This document shows, one piece after another, positions 12,400 through 25,256 of a stretch of DNA of 64,000 nucleotides. Each line of letters opens with the position of its first letter. Position 1 is the first letter of the stretch. The position numbers and the translations under genes are program-made. The notes under the pieces are model-generated. The model made no database searches. It was not told where the DNA came from and saw only the letters and a list, made by a program, of their open reading frames with translations. The stretch comes from Vitrella brassicaformis CCMP3155 (taxonomy: Eukaryota; Protista; Chromerida): positions 1-64,000 of the forward strand of contig CDMY01000320.1 in NCBI GenBank assembly GCA_001179505.1, in the 5' to 3' direction.

Positions 12400-15300
12400 G
12401 CGCAGCTCACTGGGCGGGTCCAGGTGGAACAAGGGATCATGAAAGGGGTCCTGCAGAGCACGCATCGACCTGAACAAACAACGAAACCTTAGAAATCCAC
12501 CTGCACATCTGCATGTGTGGCGCACCTGACGCTTGCAAGTGCCTGTCGCGTGGCGGCGAGAGATGTGCCTGTCATCTTTTGGGCCGTCACTCGGAGATAC
12601 AGGTCCTGCAATCAGGACACCAGAACGAGAATGGGGGTGTATCTGCGGACGTCGGCCTATGTGTCCGTGTCCAACCTTGACGGGTGGTTGTTTGCCCGAC
12701 ATGATAGAAGGCGGCGACATGAGACGTAAGTCGCCATACGAAGAGGAAGGGCGAAGCTCCGACACCTGAGGGGAGGGAGCATGGGTAACACATCCACAGA
12801 CGTACACATGCTTTAGGTGGTCAGCCCTGACCATTGTCTGCCTTGCTCTATCAGAAGGCGGGTAATACTGAAACCGACCCAATGGCCCTGAAAGCACCAG
12901 ATACACAGATTGATTGCCGTCTATCGTGTCTCCTTCTTCGAGCTCAATCTTGCCTCGTTCGACTCGTTCTGCCACGCCTCGGCCTTCTGCAGTGGCGCTG
13001 GTAGGCCGTGTTCTGGCTCCAGACACAGCACTCGACGGACGGGACACCGATATGTCTGTCGGCGCCCGAGGCGCTTCATGCGCAGGCGGCACACGGCTGA
13101 CAGACACCTTCCTGGCGCCCTCCTTGACGCGTTCCCGGTCTACTTCGCCTTCCCTGCGTGGCGGGAGGGGAGGCTTGGCCGATGTGGGACGGGCGGACGG
13201 GGCCTGCAAGCGGACAGGCGCATACGGAGACACGAAAATCATGAAGGCCAGAGGTCAGTGCGCACCTGTGTGGGTCTGTCCCTCATGCCGGGTGGAATGG
13301 CGAATTGCTCGGGGGTTGGCGGGCGCGCAGGGGCAGCGGGAGAGGCAGCGGGCGGTGCAGCGGAAATTATTGTGCACTGGACTGCGCGCTCTCTCGTCGC
13401 AATTTTTACTGGTGCAACAAGTGGGGGAGCAGGCATCTGCAGACACCAGGAGAGGCATAGACGCTCTCCTCGAATATCTGTCAAGATGTGTACCTGTGTG
13501 ATGAAGGCCTCAGACACATCGACATCGTACATGGTGCCCTCATCGACTGTCTCACGTCTGATCTCAGGCTCAGGAACCCTTGCCTCCGCAACCCCCTCAG
13601 CTTTCTGAGCCTCCCCTACCTCTGCCTCTTCTTGCTCCCCTGAATGAACACATGTATTCTCGGCTAGAATGTCAACCCTTTTGCTTACTTTTCAGCCTGA
13701 CCCACTCTTCCAGCTCTTCCAGGCCCTTTTCCTTCATAATCGAGACCGATGCTGCCTTCTCGACACGATACGCCAGCCTTGCCGCCATCGATGGGTGCTT
13801 CGGGGGACTGGGTGGGGGCGAAGGCGCTTTGGCCTTCTGTTGGGACGGCAGTGTGCCGAACTTGGCGTTGAGGAATGTCTCTTGGCCGATGTCGCATTGG
13901 GCGCCTTGCATCTCAGTTGGAGGGGCGTCGCATTGGACGGAGGCGTCATTAGGCGGAAGAGGTGGGATGAATTGGCTGAGAAGGAGAGCATGACATTGCT
14001 TTCATTGAGAGCAAGGACAAAGACGGCTATTTTGCTTACCCACTCGCGTCCATCTGTGGGGTGCCGCCGCCTACGGTTCCCCTGGGCTGCCAGCCAACAA
14101 AGGAAGGGTATGTACATCAGGTTGGCTGGCAGCAGGTGATGGTACCTTTGACATCCTGAGCATCTGTTGGAGGCTCTCTTGTTTGTCCTGTGCTTGCTCC
14201 AGCTTCTTCTGGAGCCGATAAATCTCCTGCGAAAGAGCTACCATTCCTACAAGCGGCCACACCCCCATACCACCAAGATATCTACCCCTTTCAACGACAG
14301 CTTTTCGGTGGTGAGCTTTTCGATCTCTTCGTCCTTCTCCTTCATCGATGGCGCCGCCGTGTCGCCCCCCTCCGTCTCCTCGCCTGTCTCCATCAGCCAC
14401 TGCTGGCCCTCCAGGAAAAAGATGTCCAGCTCCTTCTTCATCTCACGCACTGATCGGTCGACCCCCACACAAAGAGACACGTCTGGCTGCAGATGGAAGG
14501 TGTGTGTCACGCCGTTTTGTTACCGAGGTATTGGGGAAGGTGGATAGAGTACTTGGCGATCATTTCCCGCAGGTGGTTGGTCTCGCGGTAGTACCCGCGG
14601 CGGAGAGACTGGAAGCGACGCAGGAGACGATCATGACCTTACAAGAGATAAAGAGGACCGACAGCCAAAAACCATTCTCTCACCCCCCTTGCGTTGTCTT
14701 CTTTTGCCTACGTGCCGAGAGCTGGTGATGTCTGCCATTGAGCTCCCCCAAAATCTCGCACAGATACCCCATGGATGTCACAGACATCTTCGGTCTCCAA
14801 GCGTCATCCCTCCTCTCCCGCCCGGTCGTCGCGCTCCGAGGTCGCAGCGACACTGCAGTCGGATGTGTGCCCATCTGTGGGCCTGGCGAGGCTGACCTCG
14901 GCCTGTGGAAAGCGGACTTGGGTCGGCCGCCTTCCTGCGGGCTGGAGGCCGTGGTTGGTGGCGTGACAGGGGTGGGGAGGGAGAGAGGGGGAGTGGAGGG
15001 CGACCCATTGAGGATGGACAGGAAGAAACGGCCGAAGAGCTGACGGGGGAGAGCCAGAATCACATCGGAAGTGGGACAGACACGTGGGTTGTCGGTTTGC
15101 TGTATGTGTCCTCACCTCGAGGATGGAGTGAGTGGCCCACTGGACCTTCTGTTGCACCTCGTGGATATGGTGGGCTGCAACAGCCGGCAAATTCTGATGA
15201 AACACGGGACAGACAGGACAGAGACGCACCGCCACAGAATTCATGAGCCACTGGCGTCTCCATCTGTTGTGTCTGCAAGTGGGGCCCACCTTGATTTGGT

Positions 15301-15637
15301 GCGCGAATACTCGCTGCAGCTCGTCCTGGAAAATCTGGCACATCTGTGTGATCCTCTCGCTGTAGGACATCCATTGCGTCCCAGCGTCCAGTTTCCAATC
15401 GAGGCAAGCCAGCGGTGTCTGCTGCTCGTCGCCGCCAGGCTGTCCGTGTCGAAAGCCTCCCTCTATGGCAGCCGTCACACTTGGCTCTGCAAGGACAATC
15501 CTGAGGCAAACACAACAGTCAGACCCAACGTCCTATGTAGACAGTCAGCCATACCTGTGCTCCGTCTCAGGCGAAGGGACATCGCCGACGTGGCCTGGGA
15601 GGGCGGCGATTCGGACGGAACGCGTCGTCTTCGACAT
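12400..15637 (-). CDS. Hypothetical low-complexity/coiled-coil protein, multi-exon (3' end uncertain)
   Basis: ATG 15637 (MSKTTRSVRIAALP) and a chain of exon-like ORF segments bounded by GT/AG, with coiled-coil stretches (EIYRLQKKLEQAQDKQESLQQ) and repeated RPxSA motifs. Confidence 0.6.
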
Positions 15638-16095
15638 GATTCAAGAGCTGGCCCTGGTGTTTAGTCCGACCCACCACTCACACTGCGATGGGGCTGCGGC
15701 CGAAACCGTTTGGCCAGGATTGCGACCTAAGGGTACCGGGGGTTTTACGGAAACCGAAGTGATTTCTATGCTCCCCAAGCCCTAAATCGCAGTGATGAGC
15801 AAAAATCTCCTCCTACGCTGTTTTTCATCCCTTCTTTCGCTTGGTGTGTTTGAGGACCGACAAGGAGAAGCCCATCCAAGGACGTCCCGTTGAAATCGGG
15901 TGAGTCCTGCGATTTTGCCAAGCTCGCATTCCGAATCAGTGAAGGAGAGGCACAGGAAGGCCGAATGGACGCACAGTATGCCTTCGAGCATGAGAATGTA
16001 GCCTCTAGTGTGTGCATAAGACCCATCTGTCTTCATATTTTTGCCTCTTGCTGCCATGATTGGTACTTTGTGTGCATGTTGTGCCTTTCAGGCGC

Positions 16096-19000
16096 ATGTC
16101 GAGCAACCAGCCTCAGCCTCCCGTCAATGGAGAGGTCCACGTGGCTCCATCGAGGCCGCAGGCGACCGCTCCTCACCCCATGATGACCAGACTGGTCTCG
16201 CTCGTCAAGGAGAAGCCCATCCAAGAGTTCAGGGAGGCGATCAAAAAGTAAGACGCACATAGGGATGCCAACACATGCACCAGGGGACGCCACAGAGAAG
16301 GGAGGCCGTCCGATGAATGTCATTCACTCGTGATTGCTCTGTCCTTCTGCCCTTCTGTCTGTGTCGTGTGATTGACGTACGTACGTTGATTCAGTGAGCC
16401 TCCCGAGCAGTGGACTCGTGTTGACGCGTTTCGGAGCAACCTGGCTAGCTATGCTGTGCAGCGGACCAACGAGCACGAGGCCATCGAGATCGTCGACGAG
16501 ATGTACATCAAGGCCAACGTCGAGCCATGGGCACTTGACCACGCCGCACAGAACGCCCTCTTCTACGCCGCCAGCTACGGCAAACCCCTGGTCATCGAGC
16601 ACCTCCTGGGCCAGTCCGGCTACCGACACAAGTTTGACGCCAACGCTCGGGACAACATCGATGGCCTGGCCCGCACGCCCGTCTTCTGGGCGGCCGGGAG
16701 CCGCAACAACGCGCCCGAGAAGCACGCCGAGGCCATCCGTATGCTGGCAAAGTACTGCAAGCCGGCGGGGCTGCAGATCCGCACCAACAAGTTCAATGAG
16801 TCGGTGCTCCACTACGCGGCACACGCCGGCTTTGCCGCTGCTGTCGAGACACTCCTGGAACTGGTCAGTCAGCCAGGACACACACGACAGACAGGAAGTC
16901 GAGGAGAAAGAAAGGCGATTGATGATCGACCAACCACCCACCCACTCGAGCTGCGCACGTTTCCATCCATCCGCCTGTCTGTCTGTCTGTCTGTCTGTCT
17001 GTTGGATGCTGCATTGCATCAATCAGGGTGTGAAGCCGTCGCAGGGCAAGGCCAAGCACCTGCCGTCACACTACATCCGCAACAAGGTGCCCGGCTCCCA
17101 GGTCAAGGAAGACAGCCCCCAGGAGATCGCAGAGAAGGAGCGCCTGCTCTTCGAGGCGGAGGCACACTCAGGCAGGCACCGCAGCGCAGCTTCGAGCGCC
17201 GCACTGGGCGGTGGCAAGGGCAGCAAATCCAAAGGGGGCGGTGGGGGACGGTCCAAAAAGGGTGGCGGTGGCTGGAGAGGCAGAAGCCGGGCTGGATCGC
17301 AGGCGCTTCAGGTCGCCCCGGTAGCTCTCGCTCCAGCGGCAACGCAGAGCCCCACCTTCGCGGACGCGTCGCAGATGGCCAACCTCAACCTCTCGGCCGT
17401 GTCGCCGTCTGTGAGTGGCGTTGGTGAGCACAAGCAGCAGCCGCCGTCGGAGGGGCTGCCGTTGCCGCCCCCGCCTGGTCTGCCGCTGGTTGGTGGTGTG
17501 GGATTGCGTGATGGTGGTGCGAGTGTGAGTGCCGGCCGGGCGCAGAGCAGTGCGTCAGGCTCTCTGACCGGGCTGACAGGTATCAAAACTCAAGGCTGGC
17601 TGGCTGCACAGAGGGAGGGAGGGAGGGGCGGTTGGATGTGTGGACCATGTGTGTGTGTGTGTGCGTGTGTGTGTGTGCGTGTGTGTATGTGTGTCACAGT
17701 TGACGAGACGGGTGAGCCCCGTCGGGTGTATCGTTTGTCGGTAGACCTGTTGGGTAGCCACTACCCAGCCGATTCACAGGCTCTGGAGGTAGCCACACCA
17801 CACACGTATACACCGACAGGCACCGCTGAGCGGCTCTCACTCTGCCGACCTGCGTGTGCTGTTGCTGATTCATGCAGTTGTTTGAGCGTCTGTACCCCCA
17901 GTTTGCCAAGTGGGACAAGGCGGCCCCCTTTAAAGATCCACGCCCTGTCAACAAACCTCCCAACAAAAAGAAGGGCAAATCCGCCGCCGCCAAAAGCAGG
18001 GTACACACACACACGCACACTCGAGGGTGGTTCACAGGGCACCATGAATGGTGCATCTGTTCTCTCATTCATCTCTCACCTCTCCCAGGACCCGTGGGTG
18101 CAGAAGTGGGAAGGCAAGGCCAAAGCGTAAGGGACAGACTTTCAAGACAGTGCACCACACAGACAGACACAGGGAGACAGACAGCCTGACCACTGCCTGC
18201 CAATGTCATTTTTGCATGGCTCATTCTCTCTGTGTCTGTCTGTCTGTCTGTCTGTGTGGATATGTGGATGTGTCAGTTTCTGCAGGGACATGTGCAAGAG
18301 CATGAATTGCAAGCTGCTGCTCAACGCGGCCAAGGTGCTCGAGTTCGACGCCATGGACTTCTTCACACCCGAGGGCGAGGCGGAGCACAACCTCACCTTT
18401 ACCGAGGAGGTCCACAAGGCCACCGAGAACCGCGTCAGCCTGACCGACCTGCCCTATGGCTTCGAGCACTACCAAAAGAAGCTCAACAACGGACAATACA
18501 AGTGGCTCAGGGTAAGTGAAGGCCACACACTTACAGAGGGAGCGAGGGACGGATGGGTGGCTCATCTGGTGCGTGTGTGTGTGGTGCTGCAGGATATGGT
18601 TGAGGATTTCAACATCTGCATCAACAATGCGCGCAACTACGGCCAGTCCAACGGCAACCAGCTCTGGATCGACTCGGCACACGTCACCCGCGAGTACTTC
18701 GACCAGGAGTTCAAGGTCAACCAGCTGCAGCAGTTCCTCGACGCCGAGAACCGCATCTTCAACCACCCACCACCCCCACCGCCCCCACAACCACAGGAGC
18801 CACAGGAGCCACAACAGCCACAGCAACAGGAGGGCCCTTCTGCGTCTGCATCTGCGTCGGCATCAGCCGATGCCCCCGCCCCGCCCCCTCCCCCACCCAC
18901 GGAAGAAGACACCAAGGTCAATGGTGTGGGAGGGAGTGACGAGGGCGCCAGCAACAGGGGCCAGAAGAGGACACGTGACGATATGGAGGGGGAGCATGGC

Positions 19001-19393
19001 GGGGAAGCGGGTGAGGCCGAGGGCGAGGGAGTCGGTGTTGTTGAGCCTGATGCTGCCGGTGATGGTATCGGTGACGGTGACGAGGCGGATGAGGATGCTG
19101 AGGCGGATGCGCCCGATGAGGATGACAACATGGGCGAGGATTGCGCCCCCAGTGGCAACGAGAAGATGCCCGACGACGAGGCAGGCCCACCGCCCGCCAA
19201 GAAACTGCACGTCGAGGTGAGTGAGCGAGCCAGAAAGACAGACAGACAGACACACGTATACAGCCGACTGGACCGGATCCACTGTGTGTGTCAGAGCCCG
19301 AAGTCCCACGACCACCCCATGTCGAGCGGTGACAGTGGGGACCGCTCGGTGATGCCGAGCGATCACGACGTCACCATGGGCACTGCCGAATGA
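16096..19393 (+). CDS. Ankyrin-repeat + divergent bromodomain protein
   Basis: Ankyrin-like repeats (QNALFYAASYG, RTPVFWAAG, ESVLHYAAHAG), then a bromodomain-like segment (KKLNNGQY...DMVEDFNICINNARNYG...SAHVTREYF) and an acidic tail ending GTAE*. The architecture matches apicomplexan BDP1-type proteins. Confidence 0.8.
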
Positions 19394-19742
19394 GCTAAGA
19401 CACCAAGACCCAGATACAAGACAAGACAACACAGAGGAGGAGAGGCCACTGAGCCACTGTAATACGTACATTCCTGGTTAACGGTGAATTCTTCGTGGGT
19501 GCGTGCGTGCGGCTGCATGACTGAGTGAGTGAGTGACCGAAGTTTCTTTTGAATGAGTACTGGGTGGGCAAATGGGTGGGTGGACGGGGGGACGATCGAT
19601 GTGTAATGGGCCGACTGACTGACTTTTTTGACTCAAGGAGGATGGAACGAGCCGGCCAGACTCAACTCAGAGAGCGATTCCTCCTCCGTATTAGGCTTGT
19701 CAACACCTACCTGCATACCTGCAGACGGGGGGGGGGGGGGGG

Positions 19743-20042
19743 NNNNNNNNNNNNNNNNNNNNNNNNNNNNNNNNNNNNNNNNNNNNNNNNNNNNNNNNNN
19801 NNNNNNNNNNNNNNNNNNNNNNNNNNNNNNNNNNNNNNNNNNNNNNNNNNNNNNNNNNNNNNNNNNNNNNNNNNNNNNNNNNNNNNNNNNNNNNNNNNNN
19901 NNNNNNNNNNNNNNNNNNNNNNNNNNNNNNNNNNNNNNNNNNNNNNNNNNNNNNNNNNNNNNNNNNNNNNNNNNNNNNNNNNNNNNNNNNNNNNNNNNNN
20001 NNNNNNNNNNNNNNNNNNNNNNNNNNNNNNNNNNNNNNNNNN
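19743..20042. other. Assembly gap (300 N) flanked by poly-G runs
   Basis: Run of N, with G homopolymers on both sides. Confidence 0.99.
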
Positions 20043-21290
20043 GGGGGGGGGGGGGGGGGGGGGGGGGCCAACACGGACATGCACAGAGGCACCCATTCCC
20101 GACACGTATGGATGATACGTGCTGTGTCACTTGGCATTGCCCCGCACCCCCTCTCCCCCCCTCCCCCATCGTACTGTCGGTCTATCGCTTGCTATACTTA
20201 TTTATTTCATCGTACTCTATGATTGCGTAAGCAGAGACGTTCGACATGTCGTGCATGCGTGACAACGCAACCACCTACCTGTATTTGTGTTATCTCGCCA
20301 CTCTCTGCCTGCGTACTCTCCCTCTCCCCCTCCCCCTGCCCATCCCCAATGCACTGCCGTCAGGTGGTTTTTGCCCCAGCAGACTCACGTGCGCGTGTGC
20401 ATGTTGTCGTGTCGACGGTCGGTGTCTTTTTCTCCATGATTTCACCCATCCTTTCGTATCACCCCGCCCTATCTGCCCATCCATCCATACACAATGACAC
20501 TGACTGACTGCTTGTCGACCTGCCTGCCTGCCTGCCTGCCTGTCCGCCCACCTACCTACTTGGCTTGACTGACTTCTCTGTCTGTCTGTCTGTCTCGATT
20601 TCGCTTTACAAAGGCCGTGTAGCAGTACAGGGGTATGGGGATCACTCACTCACTCACTCACTCACCAAAAGGCATCACTGATTCGTGGCGACCTCGTGGC
20701 GCACAGGGTGTGGCTCCGTATCACATTCTGCCATCAGGGGCGGACATGCAGGCCATATCGGGGCTTGCCCCAGCTGCATGTGCGGTCCTGAATGGATGGA
20801 TCTGACAGGGAGCGCTCACTGGGGTCACGATTCATGACGCCTGCGAGCAGTTGCATTTATGTGTTTTGCGAACATGTATTGACCGCTTCCATGCAGTGCA
20901 ATTGCCTGATTCGTTTGCCTCCGAAATACAATCACCTTCCCCACATCGGAGGGTACTGGCGTTGTCGGCAAGGCCGCGCCGGCTAGGACGACTTGGCCCC
21001 CCGCGCATGGGCATGCATGCGCTTTCTCCCGAGTCCCTATGCTGCGATGAGGCTATCCTCTGCTGCTGTAGGCATCACCCTTCACGCACATGCAGTATAC
21101 TTCAGCCGGTGTGCAAAGGCGTCCGAGGCCTCACCTCTTCGCCTCATTTTCACCTCGTGAAGCCAACGATGACTGACGAGGTGGCGACCATCGCCGCAAT
21201 AAGACTGCGGGAAGGCCCCCAGGCTGCATTTACGTCTCAAGGTATTTACCTTGCAGCTGCTGAAAGGAGGCCTCCTCACATTGTTCTACC

Positions 21291-23300
21291 ATGTTTCGGC
21301 GGGTGATTCCAGCAGAAACGGCACTGCCCTTCCTCAAACGAGATCTTTCTGCAGCCAAGTACCTCAAACGAGATCTTTGGCCTCTCCCGATGGTTGCCCT
21401 CCTGGCTTCCCTCTTCGCCGCTCTCCTGGTCCTCAACTCACTGATCCTCAACAAACACAGGATGCAGCACGGCAAAGGCAAACACGTGAAAATGCAGCCT
21501 TCTTATCCCAGGCCTGATGCCTCCTCTCAAGCAGCGAGGACGGTGACCAATTCGCCGGATTATGGGCCAGCGGACAGGCGGCCTCCGGGGTATGGGGACG
21601 ACAAGAAGGTGTTTTCCCTCGCACCGTCGGGCCTTTGGGCGGGCAAGTGCCGATACTGCAGGCTCCGAGTGCATCACTATTTGCCCTTCAGCCCGTTTGT
21701 TGATTTCCTGAAGCGACAATTCGACACGGTCAGGTTCGATGTGGCCGCTTCCTGGATGCTGCTACCGCCTCTATGTGCCGCTGCCAATGAGGATGCGGTC
21801 GCGTTGTGCCGTTCTCTCACCCATCATTCTACCTCTATGTGTGGAAGGACAATCGTGTCTTTCTTGGCGAAGCCAGAGGGCCAGAAACAGACGAGAACTT
21901 TCCCTTGCGGAGCTGCTTTGTTGTGGAGAGGGCCGTCAACGGTCAAGCCGGTTTGTCCTTCCGCAATCTGTACAAGAAGGACCACTACCTGGTCCATGCG
22001 AAACAGAAGGAGCTGGGCTTTGCAAGTCTTAATGCGACTGACACGGCCTTTCGCGAGGCCGCTTCCTTCTCTCGCCTGCCTGCACCCCTGCCGCCTTCCC
22101 TTCTGGCCAATGCGTCGCTGGCTCGGGCGCTCATCACTCCTTCATCTGGTGCCGACATGCCGGCACACGTGAGGATTGTTGCCTTGTACAGCGTCTCGTC
22201 GCCTGGGTCCGCCAATACACACCAGGACATGCTTCTCCAGCAGTACGTGAGGAGTGCTTTGGCCACGATGCAGCCCAGAAGGCCTTACGAAGTGCGAACC
22301 AAGATTATCGATGTCAGGGGTGATGGAGCTTTCAGGTGCGCAGAAAGACAGGGAGCGCAATCTGATGTTTCCTGTGCTGATTAGGACGTCTTCATGGTAT
22401 GATGCCATCCACGCTCAGGCGACACTGTGGGCGCAGGTCGCTGAGCAACACATGCAAACAAGCGCATCCGACAGCAGAGTGGCTGCCGCCATTGTAAGCC
22501 CTCGAACACGCATCTCCCACTGCCGTGCCCAATGCGTGTGTTGTGTTCATGCGCAGGTGGGCTCTGATATCGACGTGCAGTTCTTTCCTCGCTGGCAGCG
22601 GCACGTGGAAGGCTGTCTCGCTCACAATGATGTGTGCTTCCAGCGCGAGAGGCCACTCAACACGGGATTCTTTGCCATGAGGTGCACAAACGCGACTCTC
22701 GCTTTCTGGCGGGCGGTGAGAGACATGGTGCTGTCTTATCCTGGGGGGCGCTTCAACCAGGTACAGGGTCACACAGGAGGCATGATGAGCTTTTCTGATT
22801 CTTTTCTCCTCTGCAGTTTGCCAAAGTGGTTGCGTCTTCCCACCCTGACGTCTCCATTCCATGGACCACCTTCCCATACGAAATCGTACACTCAGGAAAG
22901 GTCAGCCAGCGAACAGAAGAGTCGAAACAGAAACCGTCTTTGCTCTCTTTGTGTCTCAGAAGTTCGCCTGGCCGTCGATGGTTGTGCATCACGCTGTTGC
23001 AGCTGGCCCGCCAGAGAACAAGACAGCTATCCTGCACGATGTGCGCAGCACTTACTTCCACACGTGAGCCGAGAGAAGCGGCGTGCAAGCAAGCCTCATG
23101 GCGTCTTTCCTTTATGCAGGCAAAACTATCGAGAAAGCGAGCTGCGGAAGCTGCGCCAGTCCCAGCCCTATGTGCGTCAGGTGGCTGGCAGCATCTGCGC
23201 GTATGGCCTGGGGCTGACGAATGGGCACTCTCGCCTTACTGTGAATGGAAGCAGCTCATCAAGATGTCCCACGTTCGACGGCATGGTCGAAGTCATTTGA
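21291..23300 (+). CDS. Type II membrane glycosyltransferase (nucleotide-diphospho-sugar transferase/GT77-like) with AbfB/CBM42-like module; apparent 1-nt frameshift near 21805
   Basis: N-terminal TM segment (VALLASLFAALLVLNSLIL). AbfB-like LSFRNLYKKDHYLVH...TAFREAASF. GT motif GSDIDVQFF...DVCFQRE..LNTGFFAMRCTNATLAFW. The reading frame switches between ORFs 21291.. and 21806.. with no intron in between. Confidence 0.72.
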
Positions 23301-23657
23301 TGGGCCAGTTAATGGGGCGAGATCTCGAAATTCGTGCGTGCGTCTGTGTGTTTGTGTCTGCGTGTTTATGGGCAGCTCCGTGTCAGCATAGGCTGTGCGT
23401 GGGATGGAAACACTGATCAAAACTGATGAGCGTCCTTGCTGGTCCTTGCTGCGTCTTTGCTGCGCGTGGGTGCGCGTGGAGCACAGCACCTGAGCCACGA
23501 CGTCTTTGGTGCGAAAGAGACGAAATCCTGTCCGAGCGGCCGGCCGTTGCAATTGCCGTTGCGGGCCAGAGGGCTCAACGCCCTCCCCCTCCCCTCTCCC
23601 TCTTTCCCCCCCACTCCCACGTTCTGCAGCTGATTTCTCCCACACCCCATCGAATCG

Positions 23658-24312
23658 ATGCAGTGCACCTTCCCCTCCCTCCTGGTGGCGATTCTCTTCG
23701 GCGGCTTTCTCGCCTCAGCCTCAGCGCAGTATGACATGCACCTTGCCATCCGATGCCGCAACGGGGCAAGAGATCCAGGATGTTTCTCGACGGCAGTCAT
23801 TCCTGGCTACACAGGTCGGTGGATGGGCAGACGAAAGGCAAAGGCGAAGCCGGAGGTGGCTGATGCGTAGTGTTTGGTTGCGTTGTACCCGCAGGTGTGA
23901 GTCACGCTGTGACGCTGGGCGGGCGGCAGATACAGGTGCCCTGGAACTCTCCCATACTCCCTTACTACACAGGGGCCAGCAAGGTGAGGCAGGCTCAGTT
24001 CCCTCCCCTGTACGTCCCATGACCATTCTGAGTGCTCGGCATCCTGTGTGTGAGCAGTACCAGAACAAGATCGGTGTGTTGGGCAGCAGAGAGTATCCTC
24101 GCCGTGGCTACAACCTCTCCAGGTTTCCCTTCGCCCGCTCTAGGCCCACGCGGACCTTTAGGGGGGTGTGGGACAGACGGGGCATTGGGAGCTCATGGAG
24201 TCGCTCACGGGGCATTGGCTCACGCTTTGGGAGGCTCTTTCGGCGGCGGATGTCCACGGCAGCTGCTGGGGCTGCCCGTGATGCGCAGCGAGAGACGCTG
24301 GCCGTGGCGTGA
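23658..24312 (+). CDS. Small secreted hypothetical protein, multi-exon
   Basis: Signal-peptide-like MQCTFPSLLVAILFGGFLASASA, with phase-consistent GT-AG introns. Confidence 0.55.
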
Positions 24313-25256
24313 GACGATTTTTTCCTCGACTCTTTCTTTATGCGTGTGTTTCGTGTTCGTGTCAAGTATTTAATCGGCCAGGCTGCTGGTCTCGTGCGTG
24401 TGTACCAATTGGGGTCGGCTGCTGCTTTGTCGTGTCAGCCCTTTCTCCTTTCTACCCGTCAGTACATCTGTCTGCCCATGTGTTGATATACTGACATGTG
24501 CTGCGTGCCTCCTGACACGTCCATTGCGTGCATTTTACTGTGTGAAATCATGTGTACGCACTCGTCTGTTCAGCCAAAGCGGCATCGACCGACGTCCGAC
24601 GTCTCACTCACATGAATCGCATTGACGTCCACCCATTCACAGCTCCACAGCGCACATCGACACGGCCCCATATTCTCTCCTCTCGCAACGATTGTGCTGT
24701 GGCCCACTCACACACACAGAGATACAACACATACCGACACACAGAGAGATATAGCCAAGGGAAGGACACAGACATGCAGACAGACCGACAGAGAAAGAGA
24801 AGCCCTCCAGATGTCACCCAAACACGCGGATGACCGAGTAGGCACATGTTCATGCAGTTGTGTATGGACAGATCAACAAATGAGGGAGAGAGAGATCTAG
24901 ACAGACAGACATGGACACGAAAGTAGTGGAGTGCACACGAGAGTTGCACGTGTGTGCTGCCGGCTAGGATACATTACACACGACTGGGCGTGATGCGGCC
25001 GCCTGAGGGGCGGGCACAAGCGCCTCCGTCCGTCAAGTCAGTGAGGGATACTGTACACCACACCGGCCGGCAAACGCATCCTAGCGTCGACCAAAAAGCA
25101 TGAAGAGCAAGGTTTCTCCCTCTTCCTCTCTGCGTATGGCCGTTGCACGCCTCGACGTGTCATGACCCTCGCCGGTTGGACATGGGCGTCGAATCAAATC
25201 CATTCACTGAGAGGGAGGGAGGGAACAAAGACATACACGCATACACATGTGAGCCA

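Noticed and set aside
16324-17022. Long antisense ORFs opposite real exons (also 40620-41132, 60850-61563, 56962-57735)
   Set aside because: Expected shadows of GC-rich codon usage on the coding strand, with no independent motifs.
19549-20230. ORFs with poly-X, poly-G or poly-P
   Set aside because: Artefacts of the N gap and its flanking G homopolymers. The G runs are probably sequencing dropout edges rather than evidence of G-quadruplex biology.
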